DNA of 62,000 bases, from the NCBI RefSeq assembly GCF_009834535.1, contig NC_045698.1, positions 62,001-124,000 of the forward strand, read 5' to 3'. Position 1 is the stretch's first letter. Every line of letters starts with the position of its first letter. Positions 23,886 through 38,017 of the stretch are shown here, piece by piece. This DNA is from Camelus ferus (Eukaryota). A model generated the notes under the pieces. The model saw nothing but the letters and a program-made list of their open reading frames with translations, made no database searches and was not told where the DNA came from. The position numbers and the translations under genes are program-made.

Positions 23886-24194
23886 CTGTGGACTGAGCTG
23901 TGTCCCCAAATGCGTGTGCTGAAGCCCTAACCCCCAGTGGGACTGTTATTGGAGGTGGGCCTCTGAAGAGGTGATTGCAGCTAAGTGAGGTCACAAAAGT
24001 GGGGCCCTGATCCCCTTTGACTGGTGTCCTGAGAAGAAGAGGGAGACACTGGGGTTGCAGATAAATGGAGGGAAGGCCATGGAGGACACAGCGAAAAGAG
24101 TTCCCACCTCCACCCAGACTGTGAGATGGTAAGTGTCTACTGTTTAAGCCACCCTGTCGGTGGTGTTGGCTACGCAGTCTGAACCAACTGACAC
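23886..24194 (+). mobile_element. MaLR LTR (MLT1A/B-like)
   Basis: tgtggactgagctgtgtcccc..gaagccctaacccccagtg..gactggtgtcct..agaagagggagacac..tgtttaagccaccc..actgacaca. Confidence 0.85.
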
Positions 24195-27100
24195 AGTGTT
24201 TAAGTACAGCTTCCTGACTAATCATTGCCTTGGGCAATTTCAGAAGAAAAACATCTTGTGGAACAAAGGCTTACCCAGTAGACTGTAAGCAGAAGAGAAG
24301 GAGATGAATCTGACTTATTTACCTGTATCTGCATGGCACCCAGCACAGAACCCAGTACACGGCAGGTGTTCTGGATATCTGCTGATGATGGGACGCACAA
24401 GTGAACCACAGAGCTGAGGTCCAGCCCTGTCTCCACCCACATCAGAACCTCAGAGAGCTCCAAGGGTCAGATGAGGGATCAGAGGGTCCTCTGCTCTGCC
24501 CAAGACGATGGCTGGAAGGGCCCTCTGAGGTCAGGCTCGCCCTCTTTGACTGAGCCCAAGGTTCAGAACCTGCGCCCAGGGGAGGGGAGGCCCAGAATCT
24601 GCAAGGATGTGCAAGGGTTTGGGGTCGCCAGGTGCAGTCTCAGTGTCCAGACTCCTACAGGGATTGATGCTTGCAGCACATCCTCTTGGTGGTTCTCCAA
24701 GACTGAGCTTCTGGAAACAGATGGAGAGATGCAGATTTGTTCACATGATGCTGCAAGGAAAAGCTGGGTTGTGACATGGTTTGGAATAGAAAAAGGGCCA
24801 ATTTTTCCCAATATATTTTAAAAAATAAAATTTAGGGCCCCATTACCAATGGATAGAGTCGTTATGTAAACTGCTGGCCAGATTGTAGAGCCTGGAGCGA
24901 AAGTGCCAGCACCATCAACCTGTAGTTTAAACAACCTGTTCCTCCTCCTCTCTGACTCCCAGAGCCACCTCCCAGCCCTCCTGTCACCTCGACCCGCCAG
25001 CCACACTGGCTGCCCTCTCCAGGTCTCTCCTGTCCAGCTCAGCCCATCTCTCTCCACTCTTGCCCCCTCTGGTACATCTGTTTCTGCACCAGAGCCCCTG
25101 CGTGAGGAGACGGCTCCAGCATCAGTAGTGTCCCTGAACCGTGTCCATCCCCACCTCACTCCAACTCTCCTCAGTATATAAAGAGAGCCTCATAGTCAGT
25201 AACGAAAGGACACAGGTCCCAGTGAAGATGGGCAAAGATCAGACCAGAAAGTCACTCAAGAAGCAGAGGTGTCGGTGAGAAGTGAAAGACACGTCCAGAT
25301 AGGGGCTTCTTCCATCTTTTCAGGCTCTAAGCCAGCATCCTATCTCCGAAGCACAGTCAGTGGCACATTTATTTGAAACATGCCTTTGCCTGTATACTTG
25401 TGACCAAACGTGGGTTATCTATTGTTCATTTTTTCAGATGCAAACGTGAGTTTTGCTTTCATGCTTGAGGAGTGGAAATGTTGGAACTTCTGGGACTCTG
25501 AAATTAGGATTTCTCAAAATGTATTTCTTCCCATAGTCAGGTGAAACACAGGCTGACCAGAGGGAGCTGGTCCTGCTGGGACAAGGCCAGAGGGCCTCCC
25601 TGTCCAGCTCACGCTGGGCACTCTGGGCCCTTCTTTTGTCCTGCACCCTGAAGTCTGACCAGGATGACCATATTCCTTTTGGAGCAAGTGCTCTGAGCTC
25701 AGCCACAGATTACTGCTTAGCATTGAGACACACAGAACAGGCTTTACTCTCTGCCCTGAAAATGTTGCAGGTACGTATGGGCCTGGGAGCAACCCAAAAG
25801 CTTTAGAAGACAAGTATTTCAGTTTTCTTTGTAGCTTATTCTATAAAGAATCACTAGGGTCTAAAAATAGTAAAGCAAGAGGCAGAGACCCCAACTCTTG
25901 TGTCTGGGAAAATGGTTCTTAGGACAGTTTGCAGAAACATGTACTGGAAACAGGTCTTTTCATCTGATAACTTCAACATGGTGAGGGACATTCTTAGAGA
26001 ATGCCAGGTGCCTTTGGGAAAACTTCATTTGCCTTAAAATTTCCCACAAGCACCTGGTTTCTGACTTCCTGCCTGAGTCAGAATGACTGGGGCAGGGTGG
26101 AGGGTGGGTAGGGTTCTGACATTTGGGAGCAGAGACAGGCATTGACACGGTGTCTTGGAGACCCTGAGGTGTAGAAGCCCCCTTGTCCAGAACACTAAGT
26201 CGCCACCTTCAAGGCACTTTCAGAATTGGTAAAAACAAACCACCATGAAGGAAAACCAGTGAACCATTTTCACACCTACATAATTTATAAGTAGGAGCAA
26301 TACTCAGTGTGCTGTTGAGTTAAATCACCCCCTTTGACCTCCATTCGACAGTCTTTTACCGAAACTAATCATGTCATGACCACATCCAGGGTTTATGTGC
26401 TCAAAGGCTGAAGAAAAGAGCAAACCCAGTGACTCCAACAGGGGTCCAAAGAAAATGAGTGTCTTCTCATTTCCACTTCACATTTATCTGCCCATCAGAG
26501 GTCTTGCAAGACCTGCCATGAGGCCAGCCTGCCACCTCCACGTGCCAGGCCAGCCCAGCCCTGCCATCAGCCTGGAGCACAGCAGCGCCTGGTGGTGGAG
26601 AGGGTCAGGGATGCAGTGCTCAGCCCCTCCCCAACTACGTCTGCGCTGCAGCTCCCAGCACGCAAGGCTGGCGTGAATCCTGGCCCAGGGCCTGTGTCCC
26701 CATAAAGCTGAGGCTTCCCCCCCCCTCCCTGGGAGGCCCCATAAGGCAGTGAAACGCACCTCACTGGACCTCCAGTTTTGAGGCCAGACCCCAAGCTGCA
26801 GCCCCGCCGCAGGCCTTGATGTAGGTAGGGTTCTGCCCACCAGGAACCACTGCTGGGACTGGCGCCTGTGAGGCCAGGGCCACAACCCCCAAGTCTCCAT
26901 CCATCCCTTCCTAACTTCCCGAGGCACCACTTCCCCAAGCCTCAGGCCAGCCGTCTGCGGTCTTGTAGGCTTCTGCTTGTGGGTCTAGACCTCCAGGTAT
27001 GATGTGGGCTGAGCTCAGGCAGAATCACGGCAGCTGTGTTGGACCCAGGGGAACTTTAGAAGGAGGGCTGGGTCTGGAATAGAGAAAATAAAGGCTCTTT

Positions 27101-30100
27101 CCAAGGTGGGCAGTTAATCGTGTGACTGTGGAGTCCCCCTGTCTTGGGGAGGGGTTGGATGATAAGACAACAGAGTCCTCCCAGCACTCAGGTCCTTTGG
27201 CACTCTCTCGGGCCACCTCACTGGGTGTTGGGGAGGCAGTGGGGGCCGGGCTCACAGCTCAGAGATGAGAGAGGACACCCATGCACATCCATGGGCTCCA
27301 GCACCCACTTGGTCCCCAAGCCTCACCAGCCCCTTCCTCAGGAAGTGTGTTACAGGAATTAACCAACGAGGCACAAGACGTGCTCAGAGAAGGACCAACC
27401 CTGGCTGTAGGAAGAAATCCACATTCCTATCAGGGTGCGGGATAGGGAGCCTGGGGATATGAGACAGGAAGACAAGGAGGCTTGTTCCCCACAAAGAGGG
27501 GGAGGTAGTTTGTGGGGTCAGCCTCCATGTTTCATTCCACCTCAGAGAGAGTGCAGAGGGGTGTGTGTGTGCATACATGTGTTTTTGCATGTGCACATGT
27601 GTGCTGCGTGTGCATGTGTGTTTCACGGAGGGGGCCGGCTCCCCAGCTTTGGCACATGGCTTCCGGTTGGCTTGGCTGTCCCTGACCTGCAGGGGGTCTG
27701 CCCCTCCTGTCCTCTGGGACCAGCCTTGTTGAATTAGGGTCTCCAGAGAGCTGTGCTGCCTCTTCCTTCCTGCAGCCTTGGTTCTCAGCCTGGTGCACCC
27801 AGGGACTGGAAGCTCTGTAGGGGCCGGGCAGCCTGGGCCCTGGGGAAGGGGTGGAAGGGGTGGTTTCTGGCCTGGAGGGAGGAACTGGCCTCAGTCCTGC
27901 CCATCCAGCTGCCTCACACATGCCTCAGGCCTCACATCTTCAGTCTTGATTTTGCTCTTCCCTCATTGTTCTGTGGCCCTGACGTTTTTCTTACTTTTCC
28001 TGCTTCTTCCCCACTGATTTGTTGATTTGCTCTCAGACACCTGTTTTGGGTTTTCCAAGGACTGCTTGTCTGTGGAGTTCTCGTCACAAGAGCTCTGTTC
28101 TGTCCTGTCCTGTCTGACCCTCCATGCCCCCTTCATTTAACAACAGTGCCGCCAGATTAGAGCTCACTCAGCCTCCACATGCTTCCTCATTTGATCTTCC
28201 CAGAATCCAGGGGTCACTGGCAGGGGTGGTTTTGCCAGCCCCTCTGGCTCTAGTGGCCAGGCCCATCCATCACATGTCCCACTCACTGCAGCGCCCAGTG
28301 AACATGGACAGAAAGGAAAGGGACAAGAGAGTGCCCAAGACAGTCACCTCAGGAAGTGTTGGTGGCCAGGCGCAGTGTGGTGAGTTTACCAGGAAGGGGC
28401 TGTGGATGGCCAGGCAGCTCCTCTGATGCCGCCCTCCCCCGTGGGCCTCCATGGCCACCCTAGACAAGTGGTGTGGGCGGGACAGCCATGGGGAATCCTG
28501 GAGGCCAGCTCTTCTTGTCCAGCTGGGACAGGGTGAGGGGCCCTTTGTTTGTAAGGAAGCGGCTATCCCACAGTGACCAGCTTTAAGGAGGACCAACTCT
28601 AAGGCAATAATCCAGGGGCTTAGCACAGCTGCTTTGTCGTGAGAGTAAAAGTTCATTAGATTCCTTATCAGAGTGATTTGCCATGAATTTGACAGGATTA
28701 AAATGGCACCACATACTTATGGGTCCACAGTTATTTCCTGGTCACACGGCAGCCCTGGCAGGGGGTCCCCTGGCAGATGGCTCTTTCCTGCAAGTCATTC
28801 AGAGACCAGGTGTGCCTTCCAGCCTGTGGCCCTGCCTTCACCTAGGGCCATGCCACCTGTAGCCAGGTGACAAGGGAAGAAGAGCATGGTGGGGGCTTGG
28901 CTGGCTCTCCTGAGGGAGAGAGGGAGAGCCAGGGCCTGTGTACCTGCTCTGGAGGAGAGTGGACTTTGGTGGAGAAACCCTAAAACTGTTCATGAGGAGA
29001 AGCGCTGAATAATGTTCTGTGTGTAAATGTGACTTTAGTTACAAACATTTGACTATCTGCTATTTAACCATCGGCAGATTGGTCAAAACTAACAACCTAA
29101 CGTGGTATTTTGCTTCACACATCGAAACTCACGTCTTGCGTGAGGAACTACAAAGTGCTGGAGTCGGTACTGGGACAGCAGACACGAGTGTGTAGGGTGG
29201 ACGACGCTCCCCCGTGACCTTTTACACTGCTCTGTTACCGAGGCCTGACATTCCACAGAGCACTGCAAGGTTTTCTGAAGACTGGTTCAAAGCTGGGTCC
29301 AGACACCTCTGTCCAGGACAAAGAGGCAGGGCCTCCCAAGCCTCAGGAGGACCTTGTGGGAGGGCCTGACTCTGTAGAGGGCTCAGCCTGCAGCCCTTCC
29401 CATGAAGCAGCGCGCTGTGGGGACAGCCTGTGAGGTCGCCACTCTGGACCCCTTAGTCTGTGCTCTTTGGAAAGGCCCTCTCCAGCCTGAGGGAGCTCCC
29501 TGACCTTGTGCAGGAAGTATCAGGTTAGGAAACTTCAAACTCACCTCCGTGACAGAGCCAGGCTCCCTCCTCATGCCTGGTGGGGGTGCCACAAGGTTGG
29601 GCCACTCACCCTGGGGTGCTTTGTCTGAAGCCCACAGACAGCCTTGGTTGAGTGAAGAGAGGCTTTAGGGCAGAAAGAAAAGTGCAGATCAGGAGTGAAA
29701 AGGGAGCTGGGCAGGTTGGTCTCCGACTGGGGTAAAGAGGGGAAAATGTGCCAGCAAAGCGCAGAGGGCCAACAGCAGACATAGGTCTTGCAGGGCCAGC
29801 AGCCCCAGCCCGCGTCTGCCGGGCCTCCTGGGCCCCGACTGCAGAGGGTGCAGCAGTGAGGGGACACTGGTGTCAGGAACGCGGTGTCTCCTGGAAGCTG
29901 TGGCTCAGCGTGCATTCTCTGCCCACTTGGCCAGATTCTTTCCTTCAGGGCACAGAAGGGCCTTTGCTTTCAAGCCCTGAGGCCCTGGGAGCTCCAGTCT
30001 CCTTGCTGTGGCTGTACCTGAGGCCCTGGAAACAGGGACCGGGGAGAAGAGCAGTGGGGGAACCGGGAGGAGGCTGAGCCCTCAGGCCTGCCTGCAACTG

Positions 30101-30690
30101 TGGGCACAGGTCACAGGGAGATACCCGATCAAAGAGGCTCCATCCTGCCTGCCCCACACAGGCCACCCATGGATTTCAGCTGTCCTCAGGAATCCCGGGG
30201 AAAGGTGGCTCTTTCTGTCTCTTTGGAACCAAGGTTTCCAGAGTGGAAACAGTCAAGAGTTCAAGAGGGGACATTTTGAAAAGCATTCATGGGAGAGAAT
30301 TGCCTCCAGCATTACTGCTTTCGGCTCCCAAACAATGTGGGGTTTTTAAATTTTTTTTTTAATTTTAAGATTTCTTTTTATTTTTTAATTTTCAAAACTA
30401 AAAAAAATCCTTAATTAATTTTTTCTTTTACTGAACAATGTGGTTTAATGATATTTGTTAACTCATCTTTCATGAATAAAATGGTCGGATTGTAGGAACG
30501 CTCAACTCACTGTGCTGACGCTATGTTTTAGTTCACAGAGGCAGACTGAGTTGTCAAGGTAGGTTTCATAAATAACCTCATGGAAATTCTCAGACATCAG
30601 CAGGGCAGGTGTCGGTAAGCTCAGGGTGGGGCCCTGGAGTCTGGCGGCAGGAGGGACCCCGCGGGGGGTTGTCGGAAGGAGGCAGGAGGC

Positions 30691-30717
30691 GGGGGGGGGG
30701 GGGGGGGGGGGGGGGGG
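30691..30717 (+). repeat. Poly-G homopolymer (27 G)
   Basis: Read directly from the sequence. Confidence 0.95.
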
Positions 30718-30884
30718 CGGTGCTCAGCACAGCCTCATACCCAGCTGAGGGTCAGGGTCAAAGGTGGGACTCCAGCCCCTCAGCAGAGCAGGAGGCGGGA
30801 ATGGGTTAGGTGGCTCTGGCCCGAGGGCCTCTCTGCAGCTTCGGGCTGAGGGCAGTGGTCAATCTGAAGGTCTGCTGGGTCCAG

Positions 30885-31640
30885 CGCAGGAGCTATGGCC
30901 ACAGGTGGCAGCCAAGCACTTGAACTGGAGCTCCTTCAAATGGAGAGGAAGAGCAGACCTGACTCCATACTGGGTCTGTTTCTTTCACTTTAACCTTTAC
31001 ATCCCAAGGCTTTTGCTGCGTGTTAATCGCTAAAGGGATGCTGCCTATAGATTAAAGAGTGTGCCTAATGGCGCACCCCCAGGAACCCTGCCTCCCACAC
31101 TTGAGCCTGAAGCTAAAATACCTTTTCTGAGCTCACAGGAATATTTTGGCCAGGCCTACATTTGAATGTCTTCAAGAACAAAGACTTTAACACATCGCCT
31201 CCAGGGTCTGGCAGGCACCAGAAATTTGCAATAACTTTCAACCTTAAGCTCCCACTCTTTGCAGCACAAAACAAACTCACATCCACACCTGGGCAAGATG
31301 GTTAGTCCGCCACCTTCTCAGTCCCCTGGCTTTCCAAATAGAAGTGCTATTCCTTGCCTCAACACTTGCCTCTCTTGTGCAGCAAGCAGTACAAGCTTGG
31401 ATTCGGTGACAAGCATGAGGAACACATAAATTTCCAAGACCAATGCAGAATAAACAAAACATCTCAGTAATTTCTCTATTGTATACATGCAGCCATAGCA
31501 CTTCGGCTATATTGAGATACATAAAATATGGTATTGAAATACACTTCATCTGTTTAGGTTTATCTCTTTTTACCTTTTTAAATGCAGCTAGCAGAGACTT
31601 TCAGACGGCAGCCATGGTTCCCATTCCCCTTCTAGACCCT
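30885..31640 (+). mobile_element. MER3/MER33-like hAT DNA transposon relic interrupted by an ERV1 LTR (~30940-31411)
   Basis: The left arm tggccacaggtggcagccaagcacttgaa and right arm taaaatatggtattgaaat...tctttttacctttttaaatgcagctagcag resemble MER3/33. The inner segment gcagacctgactccat...gcagtacaagcttggattcggtgaca has LTR-type ends. Confidence 0.6.
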
Positions 31641-33817
31641 CGCCAGGGGTGGAGAGCCTGGCTCCCCTCAGCAGGAGTTTGTCACGGTTGCAGGCTTTGA
31701 GCTAAGCTGTTCCTGGTTACTGGGATCTTGTGCAGTGTATAGGACAGTGTTGATCATTGTGGTGGGTGACAGAAATTGACTGGGGCCGCCCACCAGAAAC
31801 TGCTGGCTGCCACGGAAGAGGAATGTGACCCTAACAGCTACCTTCCCCACCCAATCCTGCAGTGAGGACACCAAGCAGGGTCCTCTTGGCTTTGTCTGCC
31901 CCATGGGGCTTCTGGTACCTTTTTCCATTCTGATGACCATCTTCCTGGAGCAGCTGCTTTACCTGATAAGGAACTCACAACAATATTGTCATGCTAAAGG
32001 AATTACACTGTAGCTGTGTCCTGGGTTTAAAGCCAGGTTTCTGTGGAATCAAGCATCATCACTCTTGGAGCTCTGCAGTTGGTTTGTGGGGGCATCACTG
32101 GCAGGTCATCCCCAGCATGTTCCTGACTTCGCTCTGCAGCCAGCCCTTCATCTCTCCTGGCCCTAACCACACCCCCTCCCCTATAGGTTCTAGTGATTCG
32201 GGGACAGGGACGGGTGCTGCCCTCCTGGAGCAAAGCCCTATTGGGGAAGGCAGATGTTAGCCAGACAGCTGACAACAGCAGCAGCTGCAGCCTTTGGGAG
32301 GGACCCAGCAGTTTGCAGAGGGAGGGATTAAGCTAAGATCTGCAGATGAGCAGGAGTTGGGGTAGGGGTGGTGGGGACAGAGCATTCCAAATGGTGGGAA
32401 CAGCATGGAGAACAGCATGTGTGAGTCCCTGTGGGCACAGCTGGTCTGTAGGCTCTGTGTGCCCCTCCCAGTCACACTCCACCCAAGGCAGCTCAGACCT
32501 GACTCCAGAGCAGTCAACAAACTTCTGTAGCAGCTGATGTCAGGCCTCAGAGCCCTGCAGTGTTCTTAAAGCCCAGCCCAGCCTGGGCCTGCAGCATCTG
32601 AGCCCATAGCATGCTTTGTGTTTACATGGGTCCTTCCTGTCCTCCAAGGCAAGTATCCCTGTGTGCTGAGACACACAGAAGGCCCTGCTCTGAAATAACG
32701 CCCATTCCAGGGAGGGGGAATATGTCCATTTGTGCTCTGCTGCATTGATGGAACAGTTGTGAGCAGACTCTCCCGCGTGGCCCACTGAGTGCCCTAGAGG
32801 GGACAGTAGCTGTGCAGGGTTACAGCAGGTAGATTTCATAATACTTGGTTTTGACTGTTTCTGAACTGAAACAATTTTAGTTTATATGCTGCGTGATGTT
32901 CTGCTAGTGATGGATGGTGTAGCTCCCATTTGTTTCTTGGAAGAATTAGCAAATTAACATGGTAGAAACTTCTAACATGTTTAAAAAAATTTTTTTGCAA
33001 TTACATTAGAGTTTTAATCTTTATTGAAATTTGAAATGCCAATACTTTGAGACAAATACATTAAACATCAAAGCAAAACTTTTAAACAAATGCAGCTCTT
33101 TTCTTGTTGTGCTTGAGTAAAACTTTCAGCTGCTTCAGACAGGCACCTGTGGATCGTCTTTGTTTTCCTACTTTGTCCACAGTGAGCAGATGTTTAAGTG
33201 CTTTTGGAAAAGCTCAGTCAGGGAACCAGGACATGGGGATTTCCCCTCAGGCTATGTGGACGGGGCTGCCAGGGACACAAACCCTCTCAGCGAATCAACA
33301 GCGCCCAGTGTGCGTGGTGACCTACGAACAGGGTCGGCGGCCAGTACCTTGTCACCAGCAGGGCAGACAGAGCGAAAGCCTGGCCTTGGGTCCAAGGAGA
33401 CTGCGTCTCTCTGCTGCTGTCCCTCAGCTGCTCTTGATGTTTGGTGACTGCGGACATATTTGCTGTGATCTATTGAAACAACAAAGGCCTGAAATAACAT
33501 GAAGTGAACTTGCCAGTTTTTACATGTGAGGTCTGTGAAACAAAAATTATGAAAAGTTAAAATATTCCACAAACAAGTAAATGAAGAAGCGCAGAGTTCG
33601 CAACAAATTCGGGGCACTGAGCATGCTCAAAACGTCTCTTTATTTAAGACTTCTAAATGAACAAAGAACAGAACCTTGAAGTTCAAAAAGTACAAGCTAA
33701 CAGCAGCTGTGGCCCACAGCCCGCCAGGGTCGTGACTTTTGGTGACAGAGCCTCATAGTCCTCTCAGCAGGGGAGTCCTGTCCCATTTCCAGACACTTCC
33801 TATTCCTGCCACTGACA

Positions 33818-34060
33818 GCCAACAGACAGCCCAGGTCACCCCCCAGGACCAGCCAGAGCCAACGGGACAGCTCAGGTCACCCCCGGGACCACCCAGGGCC
33901 AACGGGACAGCTCAGGTCACTCCCGGGACCACCCAGGGCCAACAGACAGCCCAGGTCACCCCCGGGACCACCCAGGGCCAACGGGACAGCTCAGGTCACC
34001 CCCGGGACCACCCAGGGCCAATGGGACAGCTCAGGTCACCCCTGGGACCACCCAGGGCCA
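33818..34060 (+). repeat. Minisatellite (VNTR-like), 39-40-bp unit, 6 copies
   Basis: Unit AACGGGACAGCTCAGGTCACCCCCGGGACCACCCAGGGCC starts at 33821, 33861, 33901, 33941, 33980 and 34020. Confidence 0.97.
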
Positions 34061-35899
34061 CACTGGCTGTGTCTCCAGCCCCCTCACCCACACACCCCTC
34101 GCCAGTTCTGGGGCACACTAGCTCTTTGTGGTCTCAGAGCACACTGTGTTCATCCTGCCTAGAGGCCACCCTGCCTGCTGTTCCCTCTGTGAGGTGGGCT
34201 GACCTCTGACCTCTGGGCAGTGAGCCCCTTTCCCCTTTCATCATCTACAGCTGAACCTTGGCCTACTCCCGCTATCTTTCTTCCTCGTGGCGCCCCTCAC
34301 AGCTTGTTTTGTCTTTTCATTGGCTGAGGCCTCTCTTCCCAGGGTACCGGGGGCCTCTGAGGGCAGGGCTTGCATCTGCCCCTGTGAAGCTCAGAGTCCC
34401 GAGCGCAGCAGGTGCCCAGGAGGAGTTACTGGGCCCACAAATGCCTCCTTCATCTCCTTGCTGCTTCCCTAGAAGGTAGACCTCACGGCCACCCTGGGTC
34501 GGAGGTTAACAAATGAGCTGCATCCACACCCACTCCACAGACACAGTTCCCTCTGTGCGCAGCCGTCTCACAGGACAGATGGGGCAAGCAGGGAAGGAGG
34601 CTGGGCGCAAGGCAGGTGAGTGTGAGCGAGCCCGCAGGGGAAGGGTGGAACCAGGATGGGGCTGGCCGACCACCAAGGTTTGCCGAGGCCCTCCCAGTAC
34701 CCAGCTCTGCCCAGTGCAGCAGCTGCTCCATGGGGTGCACCCAGGCCTGCCCGCAAGGGCTGCCCTCTGGCCTGTGAGTGGAACTGCCTTGCAGTGAGTC
34801 TCCACCACACTCTCTAGGTGTGCAGCCCCGTCAAGGGGCTCCCTGAGCAGGAGGCCTGTGTGGATGGGGGCGGCATAGGCTGCTCCTAATGGAATTCTCA
34901 TTTGATTCACACTCCATCCATCCTCGGCCTCCCCAAGACACCCACCTGTTTGTTTCGCATGTAATTGTTGTCTGCAGCCAGGACATTTCCCAAGATAATC
35001 TCTGATTACAACTTCAAGTGAAAGCAGAGCAAATGCAGAGTAGAATAGAAATTTAAATTTGAAAAGCAATGTGAACCATAAGCCCAGCCCTTGGCAGCTC
35101 CCATAGTAGAAACCCCAGACAGTGCACATTGCAACAAGCCTGGTGGTTCCTCATGCAACATCCCACTCAGAGAAAAGGCATCCAGGCCCCAGGGCCCCAC
35201 AGCCAGATCTGAGCAGACACACAGGGTGCTCCTGGAATAAAACCTGTGTGTCACCTCGCACAGGGCTTTACACTTTAACAGCACGAGAAGTGACGGTAGC
35301 AGTCCAGAGCAAGGGGCATTTCTAGGGTTTTTACCTAAACGACACCATGCTGTTCTGGTCCCTTTGTAACTTGCTGTCCTTTCACTCAGCACCGCTTCTG
35401 AGGCTTCTCTGTATTCATTCACTTTACGTGCCACTCTCCTTTGCATAAAGGTCACAATTCATATTTTCACCCTCATGTTGATACGCCTGGGGTGTCTCTG
35501 AGCTGAGTTCTTTCAGCGCCGTGGGGAGGACTTCAAGCCTCCGCTGCCCAGCGCAGGCGCTCCACTCAGGTGTGTGCCCAGACGCGGTCTGCTGACCAGG
35601 AATTCACTGCGTATCCACCAACACTGGGCAAGCACCAAACACTTAGGATGTTTAAACCTCAGTATAGAAAAATATTAAGTATTTTAGCTTTGTGTTACAT
35701 TTTAGAAAAAACATTTTTAACTTTAAATATTTTAGGCCTTAAGCATTTTGCTAAACGACGGGTATACGATGAGAGCTTGTTCACGCTTGCACTAGAAAGA
35801 CTGAACATCTTTTGTTTATTGAACATCAGGGTTTAGTAAGAGTTTCAAAACTGACCTTTTGAAATACCAATTTACGACCTGCCTGAGTTCCCATTAGTC

Positions 35900-37981
35900 T
35901 GTCTTTCTTATTGTAAGCTTTTAGGCGCTCTTTATATATTCTGGATTCTGACCATTAGTTGTCCACAAGAGGTCCAAACATCTCCCATTTTGTGGGTCAT
36001 TTTTAAATTTATCACCCAGAAGTATGAAACTTTAATGCAGTCAGATGTATCAATCATTTTATTCATAGACTGTGCCTTGTGCATCTCATTTATTAAATAC
36101 TTCCCTATCCCAACTTTCTAATGATCTTCTTTTCTAAGTTTTTGTTTGTCATATTTAGTTCTTCACTCTATTTGCAATTTATTTCTACTGAGGTGAAATT
36201 TATGTAACATTCACCATCTTAAAGTGCATAGTCCAGGGGCATTTAGTACATTCAGAATGTCGTGGAACTATCCCCACTACCTGGTTCCAGAGTGCTTTCA
36301 TCTCTAGAAAAGGAAACCTTCTATTTAGCAATCATTACCATTTCAGCTCCTACTCCCAGCCCCTAGCAAACAATCATTTGCTTTCTGTCCCTGTGGATTG
36401 ATCTACTTTACGTATTTCATAGATAGAATCATACGATGTGTGGCCTTTTGAATCTGCTTCTTTGAGTTAGCAAAATTTTTTTCAAGGCTCGTCCATGTTG
36501 TAGGGTGCATTAGAATTTTACTCCCACCTATGGATGAATGATACTCCATTGTATCATTCATGGACCATATTTTGTTCATCTGTTCATCTGTAGATGGACT
36601 TTGGATTTTTTCCACCTTTTGGCTATTGTGAGCAGTGTTACTATGAACATTTGTGTACGGGTTTTCATGTGACCTTACATTTCCATTTCTCTTAAGCGTG
36701 TACCTAGGAATGGAATTGCTGGGTTACATACTGACTCTATGTTTAACTTTTTGAGGAAATACCAAACTGTTTTCCACAGAGGCTGAACCACTTCACATTC
36801 TCAAGAGCAGTATACAAGGATTCCAATTTCTCCATCTCCTCACCTACATTTACTACCTCTGTAAGTCATCCCAGTGGATGTGAAGTGGGGTCTCATCACG
36901 GTTTTGATTTACATTTCCCTAGTGATTGGTGATGCTGAACATCTTGTCATGTACCTGTTGACTGTCTGTATATTTTCCTTGGGGAAATGTCTAAGTCCTT
37001 TGCACATTGTAAATGGGTCATTTGTCCCTGTTGTTTCTAGGAGTTCTTTCTATATTCTGGATGTCAATCCCTTACTGAATATATGATTCACAAATATTTT
37101 CTCCCATTCTATGAGTCGTTTTTTCATTTTCTTGACAGTGTCTTTTGAAGCACAAAAGTTCTTAATTTGGATGAAGTCCAGTTTATATATATATTTTTTT
37201 TCTTCTGTTGTTTGTGCTTTTGGTATCATATTTAATAAACCACTACCAAATTCAAGGCTGTTCAGATTTATCTCTGTTTTCTTCTAAGAATTTTGTATCT
37301 TTACACTTAGGTTTTAGACCCTTTTTTAATTAATTTTTTGTATATGGTATGAGATAAAGGTCCACCTTTATTCTTTTGCACGTTGATATCCAGTTTCCCC
37401 AGTATCAATTGTTGAAAAGACTGTCCTTTCCCCACTAAATAGTCTTGGATCCCTTGTTGAAAATTATTAGACTATATATGTGATGGTTTATTTCTAGGAT
37501 CTCTATTCTGTTCCATTGGGGTATGTCTGACCTTATGCCAGTATCATACTGTTTTAATTGCTGTAGCTTTGTAGCAAGTTTCAAATTCAGGTTCTGTGAG
37601 TCCTCCAACTTTGTTCTTTTTCAAGATTGTTGTTGCTATCAGTGGCCATTTCCAAGTGGATCTGAGGATCAGCTTTTCAATTTCTGTGAAAAAGGCTGTT
37701 GGAATTTTTATAGGCGCTGTCTTGAATCTGTAGATCATTTTGGGTGGTACTGACATCTTGACAATGTGAAGTCTTCCTATACATAAACACCTGATGTCTT
37801 CCCATTTATTCAGGTTATCTTTAACTTCTTTCAGCAATGCTTTGCAGTTTTCAACATGCAAATCTTTCACCTCCTTGGTTAGATATATTCCTAAGTATTT
37901 CATTCTTTTAGATGCTATGTTATACATGGAATTACTTTCTTAATTTCTCTTTTGGATTGTTCATTGCTGGTGTATAGAAAC
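35900..37981 (-). mobile_element. Older LINE-1 (L1MB-like) 3' portion plus an adjacent older L1 fragment
   Basis: ORF 37544-37927 (-) reads [59 protein letters not shown], which is L1 ORF2p. An L1MB-type 3' end lies near 36180. Confidence 0.92.
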
Positions 37982-38017
37982 GTGCCCACACTTAGAGGTC
38001 ATGAGAATAGATGAGCC

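Noticed and set aside
33739..34209. 156-aa repetitive ORF
   Set aside because: It is the minisatellite read through changing frames.
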